A DNA stretch of 61,765 nucleotides. Source: Ancylonema sp. (taxonomy: Eukaryota). The notes beneath the pieces are model-generated. The model had not been told where the DNA came from and did no database searches. It saw nothing but the letters and a program-made list of their open reading frames with translations. Of the stretch, positions 29,709-42,100 are shown piece after piece. A program made the translations under genes and the position numbers. Position 1 is the first letter of the stretch; each line of letters opens with the position of its first letter. The DNA is taken from contig JBFLGF010000157.1 in NCBI GenBank assembly GCA_050230475.1, positions 1 through 61,765 of the forward strand. The letters are read 5' to 3'.

Positions 29709-31546
29709 ATGGAGACTTTTAATGCCAAAGTTTCAACCATTTTATCAATTTGAAATTCACTATCTTCACTGTGAGGTACGGGGGGGGAAATAACCACGTC
29801 CTTTTTCCCCGCGGAAAAAACTCTTAGACAACGAAAACCCTACAAGATCCCCGGTCCGACCGGGTCCCGACTCCGGACCCGGTCCGACCGCGGTCCGAAA
29901 TCATATGTTGCCGTTCCGTGCAACTATGATTAGTCAATCACCGCTAGTTAGACTTTTGGCTCCGCCGCCACTCTTCGAGTGGGCTGGTGCTCCACCTTCA
30001 TACGCATAGGGTCGGACATTTGTATTTACTTTTCGACAATATCTCCCGGACTACTTTAATTCAATACCTCGTGTACTTGCAATTTTTAATTCGTTGCACG
30101 ATGTATTTTGCTTGTCGTAGATGGAACGCCGTGAGCGTGCTTGTGTGCTAGTTTCGCTTCGCACTTTCGGCACCCGGAGCTATTCTTGCTTTGGGTAGTT
30201 GTTGTCGGAAAGTCGAACCACGCGGATTGGATACTATTCCGGTCTTGGTTGGCCATGGATATCCTAGTCACGCAACATAAGTTATAATTCTGGTGCTGTA
30301 ATCAAAAATTTACCAGAAAGCGTTCATGGGGTTATTATTCACTTAAATAAAAGATATCCGAAGATTTCGGAGTCGAATATCAACTTGATTTTGATTTGAA
30401 CTTTACCATATTTTGCTGCACATGAGGTAAACACAATGAATGGAGGAAACAATGAACAACATGGAAATTTTTGGGTGGGCAAAACACACCAAAACTTGAT
30501 ATAAATAGATTATCACTGTTTCCGGATTGTGAATCGCAAAAAAAACCACAAATGTTTATACATTCCAACATTCCAAAACAATCCAAACCCTTTGTGCACA
30601 CGCTCGCGATTGAAATTAGATTACAAGATTGTTCCAACAACTTCAATATGGGACAACGAATCGTCTCGAATACGTTCTAGAGAATTTGGAGTGTCGTTCA
30701 TATGAATTGTATATTTTCTCGATTTCCATACATCGTTATATGGGAGAAGTAGCGTTCTATACATAGAGTAAGGACATATAAAAACAAACTTCTTAACTAA
30801 CTTGTCTTCATATTTATTTCGGTATTTTTACATCGGGGTGATTTTGAAAAAGCTAAATGAAACAGTCCGTATATCGAGGATATTTTGATAAAGCGGGTCG
30901 TTATATCGAGGGAGCATTTGTAAAGGGGTCTTCGTAAAATAGCGGTTGGACAACCAACGGGTAGCGGTGGGCAATTGGGCCCCGACCCTGGAACTGGCGA
31001 ATTTCTGCCCCGTGCGGTAGATCGCGGTACCTGAACCCCCCACTTCCTCTCAAAAAGATTTCGCACGTGCTGCCGGGGCTCAGAGCCTGTGCTAGCTTGT
31101 CCTGCGGCCTGCTAGAAAGAAGCAGGACTGCCGTCTGAAAAGGCCCTCCACAGCGCGGTTGTGCCCGTGTCAGGTAAGCTCTAGGTCCTCGCGATATGCG
31201 TGGTGGTCTATGGCATGTTCTCGTGTGACCTTGTATAAAGAATTCAACACGTAATTCAGCGGTAGCGAATTTGAATTTTTCGTGACTATGTTGCCTTCTC
31301 TCTGGCTCGGTCTTGACTTTTACATGTCGGGTAAACATATCGTGGTGTATACCAGACCATGTTCGTACGGACTAAAATAGGCAGATTTTGAATAAAAACT
31401 TCTGAATTCGAGGAGGGTGGCATGCTCGGGGCCACATGACGAAGCAAATAGCGAATTACATTCTGAATCTTCGGATTTCGGCAAGTTCTGCACATATGTT
31501 TTCAATCTGAATTCTTGCGTTTACGTGTATGTCTGCAGTTGGCATC

Positions 31547-32302
31547 ATGGCCAAGTCAAAGAATCACACGGCCCACAACCAGACGTATAAGCAGCATAAG
31601 AACGGAATCAAGAAGCCGAAGCGCAACAAGTACCACAGCAGAAAAGGGGTGAGCAAAATTTTGTAGGGGGGAAAAGAGGGGGGAAACGTATATTTGACGA
31701 GAGAGTGACTGATCACGGTCACTGTATGTAACCGTGACTGGTCAAGTGCACTGGTTAACAACCCTGGTCAATAATCCTGGCCTGTTAGCTCGGCCAGAAG
31801 TGAACTTGTCAGCTACCATCGTCTGTGCAAGTGTATCTGCTCGTCGTCTACACTACTACAGGGTTGAAGTCCGCTATACATCGAGATGTATGGCCTAGTA
31901 AATTTATTAGGCGCAGAGAAAGGATTAGTGGCCCTATTCTTACTAGTGTAAGAATTGGGCCATATCATTCCTGTTACAGAGACGACAGTGCTAATTACCA
32001 CGGACTCAACACGGTTTACTCAGGGATTCGTAAACAGTGCCATACAGGTGAATTTCGCAACAAGGAGACACAAAGCCAAAATCATACTGAAGGCAGTTGA
32101 CGTGGGGATACTGTCGTGGGGAAACATTTGGGCAAAATGCAAATCAATGGCACTAGGGTGCGTACTGGTGGTACCACATACGATTCCTGAGGTGGCGGGT
32201 TTTGGATTTTGGGTTCAGATGGATCCCAAGTTTCTGCGAAACCAGAGATACGCAAAGAAGGGGCTGAATGTGGCGAAGGAGGAGGAGGAGGCTGTAGAGT
32301 AA
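31547..32302 (+). CDS. RPL29: 60S ribosomal protein L29 (eL29)
   Basis: Exons 31547-31648 ([34 protein letters not shown]) and 32219-32302 ([15 protein letters not shown]...TAA). Probable 5'UTR intron 31174-31538 (GTAAGC...TGCAG). A TGGGCC site-II-like motif lies at ~30976. Confidence 0.97.
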
Positions 32303-33296
32303 ATTCATGAAGGCTGACCCGATTGCCTGCGGCCCCCCTTCAGATCGGAACCCTAGATAAGGGTATGGGCTGGTGTGGAGCTCTTGCTTGGGGTGCCACC
32401 TGTTATCTTGCCGCTAGGCTTGTTTGTTGGCTCGTGGGGAGGTGATATCTACGGGGAGGTGATACCTGGTCGGAATAGTAGCCTTTGGTCGTGCGGCAAG
32501 ACCATATTTACTCTTATCTCGAAGTATGCTTACCTTGTCCTTCGACGGTGTTCTTATGTTTGTGTATTGAATTCTAATGCCTTTGCATCCGGACATGAAG
32601 TCATTGTATCAGAGTTGTTCAGGTTTTACAAGTCGTGTGTGTGACTTTCTCACGCTTTTCGATTCATGGCAGATTTAGGACTCCTGTTTTTTCCCCTGTT
32701 ATTCCGCATCTGAATGAATGGGACCGCAATGGCCAAATTAATCCGCATTGGATTGATGTACAAGGAAACAATTCGAATACCGAATTTCGCTAAGTTCAAA
32801 ATATGTATTTATTAAGTGTCCTCGCCCTACTTGAAACATAGTTGAGTCCCACTCGGCCTTGTCCACGACCCATCCCGCACTTGTCGCGGATATTTACCGT
32901 CTACAACATGTCCGGAGGATCCCCCTGCGGTCTGGGTCCAACAGTTTTGTATGATAAAAAATTACTTATTGGGAAACCAAAATTGTTTTGCCAATTTATA
33001 CTTGCAAGAGTGTCCGCGTCCGGGACTGGTTCGAGACATTCGAAAGCAAACGAGAGCAATCGCGCCCAGGACCGGTTGAGGTGATCCTTGGAAGCATAGT
33101 GGGTCCGACCGTCGGACCCACTATGTGTCCGAGAATCACCTTGACCTCGAGCGAAGAGTGGGTAGGGACGCACCAGGTCCCGATCCACTCGCGGATTTTG
33201 CGAGCCCGGCTCCCAGCCGGCTCGCGCGCGGGCCAATTCCGAGCCGGCTCGCAGCCATGACCTGCCCGGCAAAAATGAAATTTCTAAATGCGATTA

Positions 33297-33427
33297 CCGT
33301 AGTGGCCATACGTAATGATCCGGGTTTTAAAAAACGAACTTATTTAGCCAAGAAACCACCACTTGACCCAACCAGCGCACCCAAAATAAAATTTCCCAAA
33401 ATCCTGAATTTTTTTTTTTGTGTGGTG
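33297..33427 (+). mobile_element. Truncated copy of the 36764-37008 Tc1/mariner-like MITE
   Basis: TA|CCGTAGTGGCCATACGTAATGATCCGGG...AAACCACCACTTGACCC aligns with 36764-36890. The copy ends abruptly at the hAT terminus at 33428. Confidence 0.75.
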
Positions 33428-35985
33428 CATAGTTGGGTCTCGGACGCGAGAACCCCGGACGCGTCCGAGACTCGTCCGGCCCCGGACGCGTCCGGAGATC
33501 CCCGGACGGTCCGGGACCCATGGAAACTTAAAAAAAAAAAAAAACTTTTTTTTTTCAGTTGTAGCAAACATAGCGGTACAATTGTAACTACAAATATGCA
33601 ATCAATAATGTCTCAACATTTTTTAATTCCTGAGGAATGTGATTTGTAATTACATTTGGACTACAACACGAATCAGTACAGAGACATACACATATGCATG
33701 TGACGTCGTCTTTTCACACGTGACGTTGGAGTAAAAATTATTCTTCCACGTTCAATGTATGTTGTAAGTTGCGACTTGCGGTATCTAACGATGTGTAACC
33801 GGTTTGGGACATCTTCAACTGTATGAGACGTATACGCATTTCATACCGGTGCAAAAATTGCATGCACACTAATCACCAAGAGAGTTTTGTAAAGAGTTCT
33901 ACATCATGCTTTCAGTGAACTACTGCTGTATTTGAGATGGCGTTCAGCTTCTTCAAGTCTTTTAGTCATTTTATACACCAAACGGCCTCGTTCACGAAAC
34001 AAACACAATTGACATAAATAGACATTTCTCAAGGTACAATCCCCATGTACAACGCACCGCGCCCGTATACATCTTATCATACCTTCAGTGGACACACATG
34101 TAGTGGGTTTCTAATATACCATACACTATTGGCTATTATATAGAGCGTAGTACGCATCTCTTCTCGCATTGTCCCCAGCCTCGTCCTCCTGCTCGTCCTC
34201 GTGCTCGTCCTCGTCTTCGAGATCATCATCACCTCCCGATGTCTCTTCATCTTCTTCCATGTCCGTCTCCCTTCCTCTCCGTCCCATCCCGCTTCCAGAT
34301 CCTCCCATCCCTCCCCTCTTACCCTCCATATCCGTGACCCTCACCTCTCCAACCTCCTCCTATCGCAATCTTCTTCTTCCTCCTCCTCCGCCGACTCCTC
34401 CTCCCACTCCCCCTCCTCCCCCACCTCCATCTCCTCCTCCTCGTCCACCTCCTCCTCCTTGTCCACCTCTTCCTCCCTCTCCTCCTCCTCATCGTCATCT
34501 TCCCACTCTTCACCCACCAACCTCGCTTCACCCCATGCCACAAATCTCCCCAAACCTCCTTCAGCCTCTTTCTTCAGGTCTTCCTCGAGCTTCTTGAGCA
34601 ACTTGTTGTTGTGAAAGACGTAGATGGCTCGTTTTGGAGTAAGGCGGTACCTCTTCTTGCTCTTGATGAAGTCGAAGTCCCGCCAATTGCACTCACAAGC
34701 CCCGGAGCCCGACACCATGGCCAGGACCCGCACTGCCACCCTCTGCAACTCAGGCAAATCGCCTCCGCACTCTAGCCACCATTGGTGTGCTGGCATCTTG
34801 TCGGCCATGTCAAGTACAGCCGACCTCCCAAAAGCACCCAACTTGCTGTTGAACGCAGTGAGCCCGAGGTTGGCTCGCGAACATTCGTCCGGTGTTAAGA
34901 TGGTTACGCAAACCTCCTCGAAATGCGCTCTCACCTTTGAAGATTTCTTCTCACCCTGAAACTCAGGATCTAGGGCATACGCAGCTGCGTGGAGTGGGCT
35001 GATGAGTTTTGCCACGCGTGATTTCACAACTTTGGTCACGGCAGTCCTCACATCGGGGGTGAAATGAGGGGACTCGACAGAGTTGACTCGTGTGATCAAT
35101 CTCTGGGCACGACTGTACACCTGTGAGTAAGGGTACAATAAAAGGGCAAAATTCATGTTATTAAATATATATAATAATATAATAAGGGATTGATGACAAA
35201 ACACTCAAGTAAGACAATCATTGATAGCATTGAATTGAAGGAGTCATACCTTCCCCATAGTGGCCACGTCCTTGTCAGTCATCTTCATCAGGTCAACAAT
35301 CGGGCCAAAAAGGTTCACAATCAGCTGAAGCCGGGCAAAAAAATCCTCATTCTCCTCCACCATCCACTGTACCCAGCCCGCTTCTCCCCGATTTGCAGGT
35401 AACTTTGCCCACATAATGAAGCGAGTGTCTTTCTGAATGCTTCGCAACACCGCTCTCAGATCCAAAAGTCGCTCGGCCGCCAGGAACTCCGTGTAAAAGC
35501 GTGTAGCATTTGGAAGACACAAATACAAAGTTTATGCGACTTGTGCTTGGTGATGGGAGCAGGATAGCTGAACAATAATTTCAGAGAACTTACTTGGTGA
35601 CCTGAGTTGTTTGTTTGGAGAGAACTCTCGCACCCACGCTCGCGATCGCTGATGTCCTCGGTCTTGATTATCCTCCTGCCAGCTTCAATGTTGTTTCGGA
35701 ACAGATCAATTTTCCCCATGTCCTCCAGAAATTAATCGAGGGCGTGCGTAGTGCAGTGCACCCAGAAGATATGTGGGTACCTAAAAGCATGTCCAACAAA
35801 AGGTCACATGTATGACTACTTTTTCGAGCTGCTCATGAGTAAAGGGTGCTGGAGTGCGCAAAGCAGTGCATGCAGAGAATATGTGGGTGCCTACAAGCAA
35901 GTCTAATCACGTATCAGATATGGTCATGATTAGAGTGGATACTTACACATCTTTCACCATCGCTGCCGCCTTGACATTTTTATTT
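33428..35985 (-). mobile_element. 5'-truncated, formerly autonomous hAT transposon (one CATAGTTG terminus plus transposase remnant)
   Basis: The terminus CATAGTTGGGTCTCGGACGCG... is homologous to the right end of MITE 36245-36526. The transposase reads toward this terminus. No matching second end or TSD was found. Confidence 0.7.
34341..35985 (-). pseudogene. hAT transposase pseudogene (DUF659-type with hATC dimerisation domain), intron-containing
   Basis: Exon remnants ~35985-35947, 35780-35594, ~35567-35250, 35120-34341. Motifs: YPHIFWVHCTTHALD*FLEDMGK (CxxH with an in-frame stop), PNATRF, PLHAAAYALDP, HQWWLECG..LPELQRVAVRVL...SGACECNW, and an acidic tail. Confidence 0.88.
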
Positions 35986-36244
35986 GTCTTTCCACCGTAT
36001 TGTCCGTACTATCGTTGTCCTCCCATTCCTTCGTAATTTGTGACACTCATAGATTCAGTTTGTCGTTTGTGCCACAGAATCTACCAGTTTTGTCAGAAAA
36101 TCCGCATCTGATGGGTGAGCATTGTTCTGTGCCCCGTCCCTCCCCTAGATGTCGTCCGATTCCCGTAATGTTAGAAGATCTTTAAGATCCGCTACATAAT
36201 CTTTCAGTTGCCAAAAAGAAACGGGATCCGACGGACACAGTAAC

Positions 36245-36402
36245 CATAGTTGCGTCCCGGACCGTCTGGGTATCTCCGGACGCGTCCGGGACCAGTCCGG
36301 GCCCGGACGTGTCCCGGACGCGTCCCGGACCCGGATGCCTCAGCCAAAATCTGATATCCGTATTTTTGGAACCCCCATATGAATGTGACTTCCGAATGGA
36401 AA

Positions 36403-36435
<33 letters not shown>

Positions 36436-36526
36436 ATCTTAGTTGTGTCCCGGACCGTCCGGGGATCTCCGGGGCCGGACGCGTCCCGGACGCGTCCGCG
36501 ATCCTCGCGTCCGGGACGCAACTATG
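36245..36526. mobile_element. hAT MITE (CGGACGCGTCCG subterminal family)
   Basis: 18-bp TIR CATAGTTGCGTCCCGGAC / GTCCGGGACGCAACTATG. TSD ACAGTAAC/ATAGTAAC. Confidence 0.92.
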
Positions 36527-36763
36527 ATAGTAACCATCGGAATTGGTTACTATGTTCCGGACGTACCGCCCGAAGTACCAGTAACTACGTGCTTCGCAGA
36601 GGAGGATTTGTACTTAGTCGCATTTCCATGTTTCGTTTGTGCTAGGCGGGTCTCGGCAAAATTTGGTCCGGCTCGGAGCCGGCTCGCGCGCGCGCCGGTT
36701 CGGAGCAAAATTCCGCGAGCGGAACGGGACCCACTATGACCCGACCCACCCTTTCCATGATTA

Positions 36764-37008
36764 CCGTATAGGCCATACATAATGACCCGGGTTTTTAAAA
36801 AACGAATCAATGTATCTAATAAACCACCACTTGACCCGGGTTGGGTCACCCAACCCGCGCAGCCAATTAAAATTTCCCGAAATTCTGAAAAATATTTATT
36901 ATCTGATGACCCACATAATAGAATGAGCCACTGAAAAAAAAAAAAAAAAAAAAAATCCGACCCACCCTTCTCGTAATTCTATGCTGGTCATATGTATGGC
37001 CAGTACGG
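36764..37008. mobile_element. Tc1/mariner-like MITE (TA TSD)
   Basis: TA|CCGTATAGGCCATACATAATGACC at the left end and GGTCATATGTATGGCCAGTACGG|TA at the right end. Confidence 0.87.
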
Positions 37009-37351
37009 TATTTCAGGGTCATAATGTGTGTGCAGTAGAGTAAGTGCAAATCCTCCTCTGTCAAGCAGTCGTTACTTAGGGGCCCGAAGTAATTACCTCT
37101 CGGGCAATACCTCCCGAAATCTCGAATAATATTTTGAAGGTGAGATTTTGTCTATCGATCTAATTTTGTTTTGGTATCTAAAAGATTTTGTAACGAAGCC
37201 TACAAATATTTTGATAACACGGGAATCGGACGGCATGTGGGGGGGGGACGCTGCAATGTTCACCTGTTAGATGTGGGATTCTCAAACAACAATTGATTCC
37301 GTGGCACAAACGATAATCATAATCTATGCGTGTCACGAATAACGAAGGAAC

Positions 37352-37773
37352 TGTGAGAAATTTATTCTGCCATCGATGCAAGAATAAAGTTCACTTCTCT
37401 GAATCTATTTAAATCAAATAGATCACGTCATTACAAACGTCGACACAACAAAAGTGCAAGTTTGAAGTAGAAAGTATTGATTACAGAATTTGCATGCAAG
37501 CTCAACCTAGTATAGTCGAGTGATGCCTGGTCAAAGGATCTACTGATATCGAAACTACTTGGTCCACAACCAATCATATCTAAGCATTCCGCCACATCAA
37601 CAAGTTCTTATTGACACTTGTGCCAGATGGCCAAGTAATCATCGAAACCAGGACATCGGCCTGCAGCCGGCGTGCAGCCTGCATTTGTTGAATAACGACA
37701 AAACTAAAGCTAGATTCCCGGTATTGCTAAAATCGATATAACAACAAAGGTTAACAGCCCCTAGAAACTAACA
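37352..37773 (-). repeat. 3' LTR of the copia element
   Basis: 422-bp direct repeat of 45344-45765. Confidence 0.95.
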
Positions 37774-39112
37774 CCCCCTCCCTGGGTACTTTTGCATCCC
37801 CCTCCAAAAACGATAACAAACGATATCGATTTTATTCAATCTCAACAAAACACAACCAAGTAACGAACTACAATTATTTTTCATACACCAGATCCAGCAT
37901 AACACTTCTTTAACACTTTTACAGACACAAGTTTTGACAACATATCTGCAGCCTGATCCTCCCTCTTCACAAACTGGAGTCTGGTCTTCTTATTGGACAC
38001 CCTCTCTCTGATGGAATGGTACTTGATCTCGATGTGCTTTGAGCGCTTGTAGAAAATAGGATTCTTAGCAAGTTTAAGTGAACTCTCATTATCCCCCAGC
38101 AGCAACACACACTCCCCACCAATACCCGACTCTTTTTGCATCTGGCTCAAATAAATGGCCTCATTCCCAGTAGCACTCAGGGCCAGATACTCACTCTCAC
38201 AACTTGAGTGTGTGACTATTTCCAACAAACCACTCTTCAAGCTCACAGCAGCCCCTCCACTGAGAAAAACATAGTTATGCCCTTTCTAGTGTCGACGTCA
38301 TCACCATGACTAACATTTGAGTAACCTAAAACTGGTAGATCACTCTCTTTCATATACATCAACCCCAACTCGACATTTCCCTTAAGGTACCGCAAGACCC
38401 ACTTTACCCCCTCCCAATGCTTGTCCCGTGGCTGCAGACTGTATCGACACAAAGAGTTGACAACGGCTGCCAGGTCGGGTCTCGTGCCACAAGTCAGATA
38501 TAACAGGCTTCCCATTGCAAACTTGTACCCCACATTCTCAATTCCAGCAGATTCGGAAGCCGATTCACAATATGCATAAAATTTTATACCCACCTCACGA
38601 GGAGTAGCAACAGAATTGCAGTCTTGCATCCCGAATTTTGTGAGCAGATCCCTGGCATACTTTTCTTGAACCAAAAACACATTGCCATCAGGCTGCCTCC
38701 GAATCTCAAGCCCCAGCAGACACTTTGCTTCTCCCAGATCCTTCATATTGTATCTCTTTCCCAGTCTTCCTTTCATCCCAAAAATAGTTTCCAACCTGAT
38801 GCATAAGAGAAAAACATCATCCATAGAAAGTGCCAAGTAGAGCGCCTCAGGCCCCTCTCCCAGAATATACAGGCCAAAATCTGAAGCAAGACGGTGAAAT
38901 TTCATGCCTTTCACCACGTCGTCGGTATGTTGGTTCCACTCCCTTGGTGCTTGCTTGGGGCCATACAAACACCTCAGCAGCAGCCACACCAAATTTTGTT
39001 CTCCAGGTCCACACGTGCCATCATGGGCCTCCATGTACACTTCTTCCTCGAGGGGTGCATAGAGAAAAGCTATGGTTACATCCATCCGGTGCATGTGAAG
39101 TGTCATGCCTGT

Positions 39113-42100
39113 ATGAATCGTCAGCTAGAAACCCCTCTGTTTTAATCAGAATATTCAAATAGCCGCACCGCTATGTTTTTCCGCCTTGTCACGACTCCGC
39201 TCCCGCTCATTTCATTCCGAGCTTCGTCGGTGACCGGCGCCCTTTTATTAAATTTTCGAGTAGTCAACCTTTGACTAGTTCCCCTTTGTATTTGAATTGA
39301 TAGACTACGTGTCAGACTTGTCATCAATATCAATCGTGACTGACAGATCAGAAATCAACCGCTCATAAATCAATTAGAGATGTCTGCAGCCAATTATAGC
39401 GTGCACGCCGAGTTGATTTATATATTTCTTGCCACGCGCATCCCAGCGAGCGCGCGAGTAGAATATTCGAGTTTGACAATAAAGACTTAGTACAAATTTC
39501 AATTCTCAGCTTTCGCTGAATTTGACGTTGAAGATATTTTCCTTGTACACCATTTTTTTCTTCGACACTCTGAATTCTTTGCATTGCGCAATCTGTGATC
39601 TTTTGCTTTCGCAACATCGTGTGTATCGAGCGTTCGCTCGTTTGTGATTAATTCGCATCAAGCTGTCGCTTTGCAATTTGTGAATTACCCTTGTTACCAA
39701 AGTTATCGATTATCCGACCTGCTGCGCAGTCAGAAATCACCTATTTGACTTACCGAGCGTTCGCTCATCCGTGCGATCCATTCGCACATCTCAATGTTTT
39801 CAACACTTGAACTTGTCTCTGAACTGAATTTCTCTCTTTTGATGTCCTCACCACTTCTTCTTCTCTAAGTTTTAATGTTGATCATCTCATATAGTCACAA
39901 TCTCGTATCGATGAATGTTGGTAATATCTCTTAAAGTCACAATGTGGTATTGTGGTGCTCTCACTACGCTGAGGGCAAGCTAACATATGGTTTACAGTAC
40001 AAAAGTCTAAAAAAATATTGTAAAGCAAACAAGATAGTGTGGTGCAGACTATCAAGGTTAATAGCCGTAAGAGTTACTTTCGGTGCGAAAGCAAAGTATC
40101 GACGGCGCGTCGATAAAAGATTTTGGCTTAGAAAGAGCGTCAGCAGACAGGTGTAAACAACAGAGGCTGGCTCGGAGCGAGCGACAACAAACACACACAC
40201 ACACATAAATGAAATTGCCGGTTCGGAGCGAACGCAGGCAAATCGACAAATGCTTTACACACACATGCACACTTGCTGGCTCAGAGAGAGCGTCACCGAA
40301 TCGATGTAAGAAATTACAATCGATATCAAGGCTGGCTCAGAAAGAGCGTGAGCAACAAATTCAGAAGAATCACGAATACACACACACACACAGATTGCAA
40401 AGAATGATTTGCAAAATTACCGTCTAGCTGACGGATGCCAGGTTGAGACGAAAGTCGAGCACGTTGCGAAGTCGCGTAAGCGAAGGGATGCAATATTAAT
40501 AAAATTGCAAGGTTTCAGATAACACACCAAAGACTGTTGGAAGAGATTTATTAACAGCGCAATCTGACAGCGGAAGCTGGCAGATCTGAAAGTACAAATT
40601 GTCTTTTATCTCAAAAAGTTGTTGCGCGGTGGTAACCGGCATCGTTTAACTAGAGTTAAGGTATCGAAGATAACGACAGGCTAGCTTCTAGAACATTACA
40701 ATTAATCTCGGCGCTACATTGAAACGGCGCGAGATATTGCACTAGTTCTACGGCTGGATTTAATCGCCGGAATTATCGACAAGCCGATCCAACGAAGAAG
40801 TCCCTTGACGACGACATTGACGAGTTAACCTATGTGCACTTCCTTAACGAGGAGATTAAGATCCATACAAAAGGATGGCAGGAAGCGGTTAAGGTAAACA
40901 TAGCAAAACAGAATACACTTACCCCAAGAAGATCCCCAAGAGTTGCTCAATTTGAACTTCGTCGACAAACTTCAAGCTTACCAGATTCCTCCATATCACT
41001 ACCTAGACCAACGTTAACATCACCCCCACCTGCACGTGACACTCAGGCATCACAGGAAGCCACAATTACCAATCACCGTGTCACACGCAATGATGTATAC
41101 CCACCAGAACATGAAGACACAAGACGTTTCGATGTAGAAGGACCAGACTATGGAAGCAGACGTCGATATAGCGTTAAAATGCCAGAAACATGGATCCCTT
41201 AATTCTATGATAACATCACGCCGGGCACGGTTAACTTGGATGAACCAACATGCACTGACCCGCCACCACCATTACCCCTTCCTCAAGCACATGCAGTTAC
41301 CGACCAACTCAACACGATGCAAATCGAGCTCCAAAAACTCGTCATCGAACAAAGCAAGGCAATCACCTTGGCACATGACCTCGTCCGCAGGCTCGAGAAC
41401 CCTTCCCCTTAGCTGTCGGCGATTCTCAAGGCCACGAAAGAAACCCCGATGGAGAACTCCTACAAGCCTCCACACGCAAGAAAGAAAAGTGAGCTTACCA
41501 TGGATACTTATCAAATCACCACGATTGATAGTAACACTGGAATTTGTCACATCAATGGAAAAATCCCCATGAAACCGGTCATTGATTCGGGTGCAAAAAA
41601 TACTATGATTGGTATTACTCACCGAAAGACCCTCAACATTACCGATGACGATTTACGACCTGGTTCACAATACACTACGGCATCCGGTGACTTTCGAACG
41701 AGCATGGGCAACACGAAGGAGAAATTCCCCATTATCGTACACCAAATCCGACGACGGTGTGGACAGAACTACACCTTTCCCCATCCAAAGATTTTGATTT
41801 ACTTATGGGCACTGTTTTTATCGCCACACTCGGAGGATGCATTGACACCCGAGAAAAAAAGTTATTTTACCGAGCTGATTGGGCTCACGGAGGTCATTGC
41901 CTCACAAGCGTTCCCATTACCATCCAAGGACCTCCCAAGGCAATCCCACAAATACTCATGGCAGACTTCGAGGTTAAAAATCGCACTACAAATGACATGC
42001 ACCGAAACAAAATATACGACAACAACATTCGACAACAACCATTACCTGCTAGTGTGTTGTCCGTGCCCACACCTCCGTTACCCAGCATAAGACAATCAGT

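Larger units (their letters stand above)
26114..29928 (-). mobile_element. Non-autonomous hAT element (inverted relative of 14355-15563) carrying three nested insertions
   Basis: TIRs CATAGTTGCACGG and CCGTGCAACTATG. TSD ATAAGTCA/ATTAGTCA. The right end is the reverse complement of ~14355-14480. Confidence 0.88.

Noticed and set aside
30860..30923. Pogo/mariner-like terminus (CGTTATATCGAGGGAGCATTTG|TA)
   Set aside because: No matching left TIR could be located, so no element was called.
35520..35745. In-frame TAA codons in the transposase as evidence of a UAR=Gln nuclear code (as in some ulvophytes)
   Set aside because: RPL29 ends in TAA and COQ4 and the VPS13-like gene end in TAG at the expected positions. 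No host exon contains in-frame UAR, and the first TAA falls where Leu is expected. Simple decay explains it.
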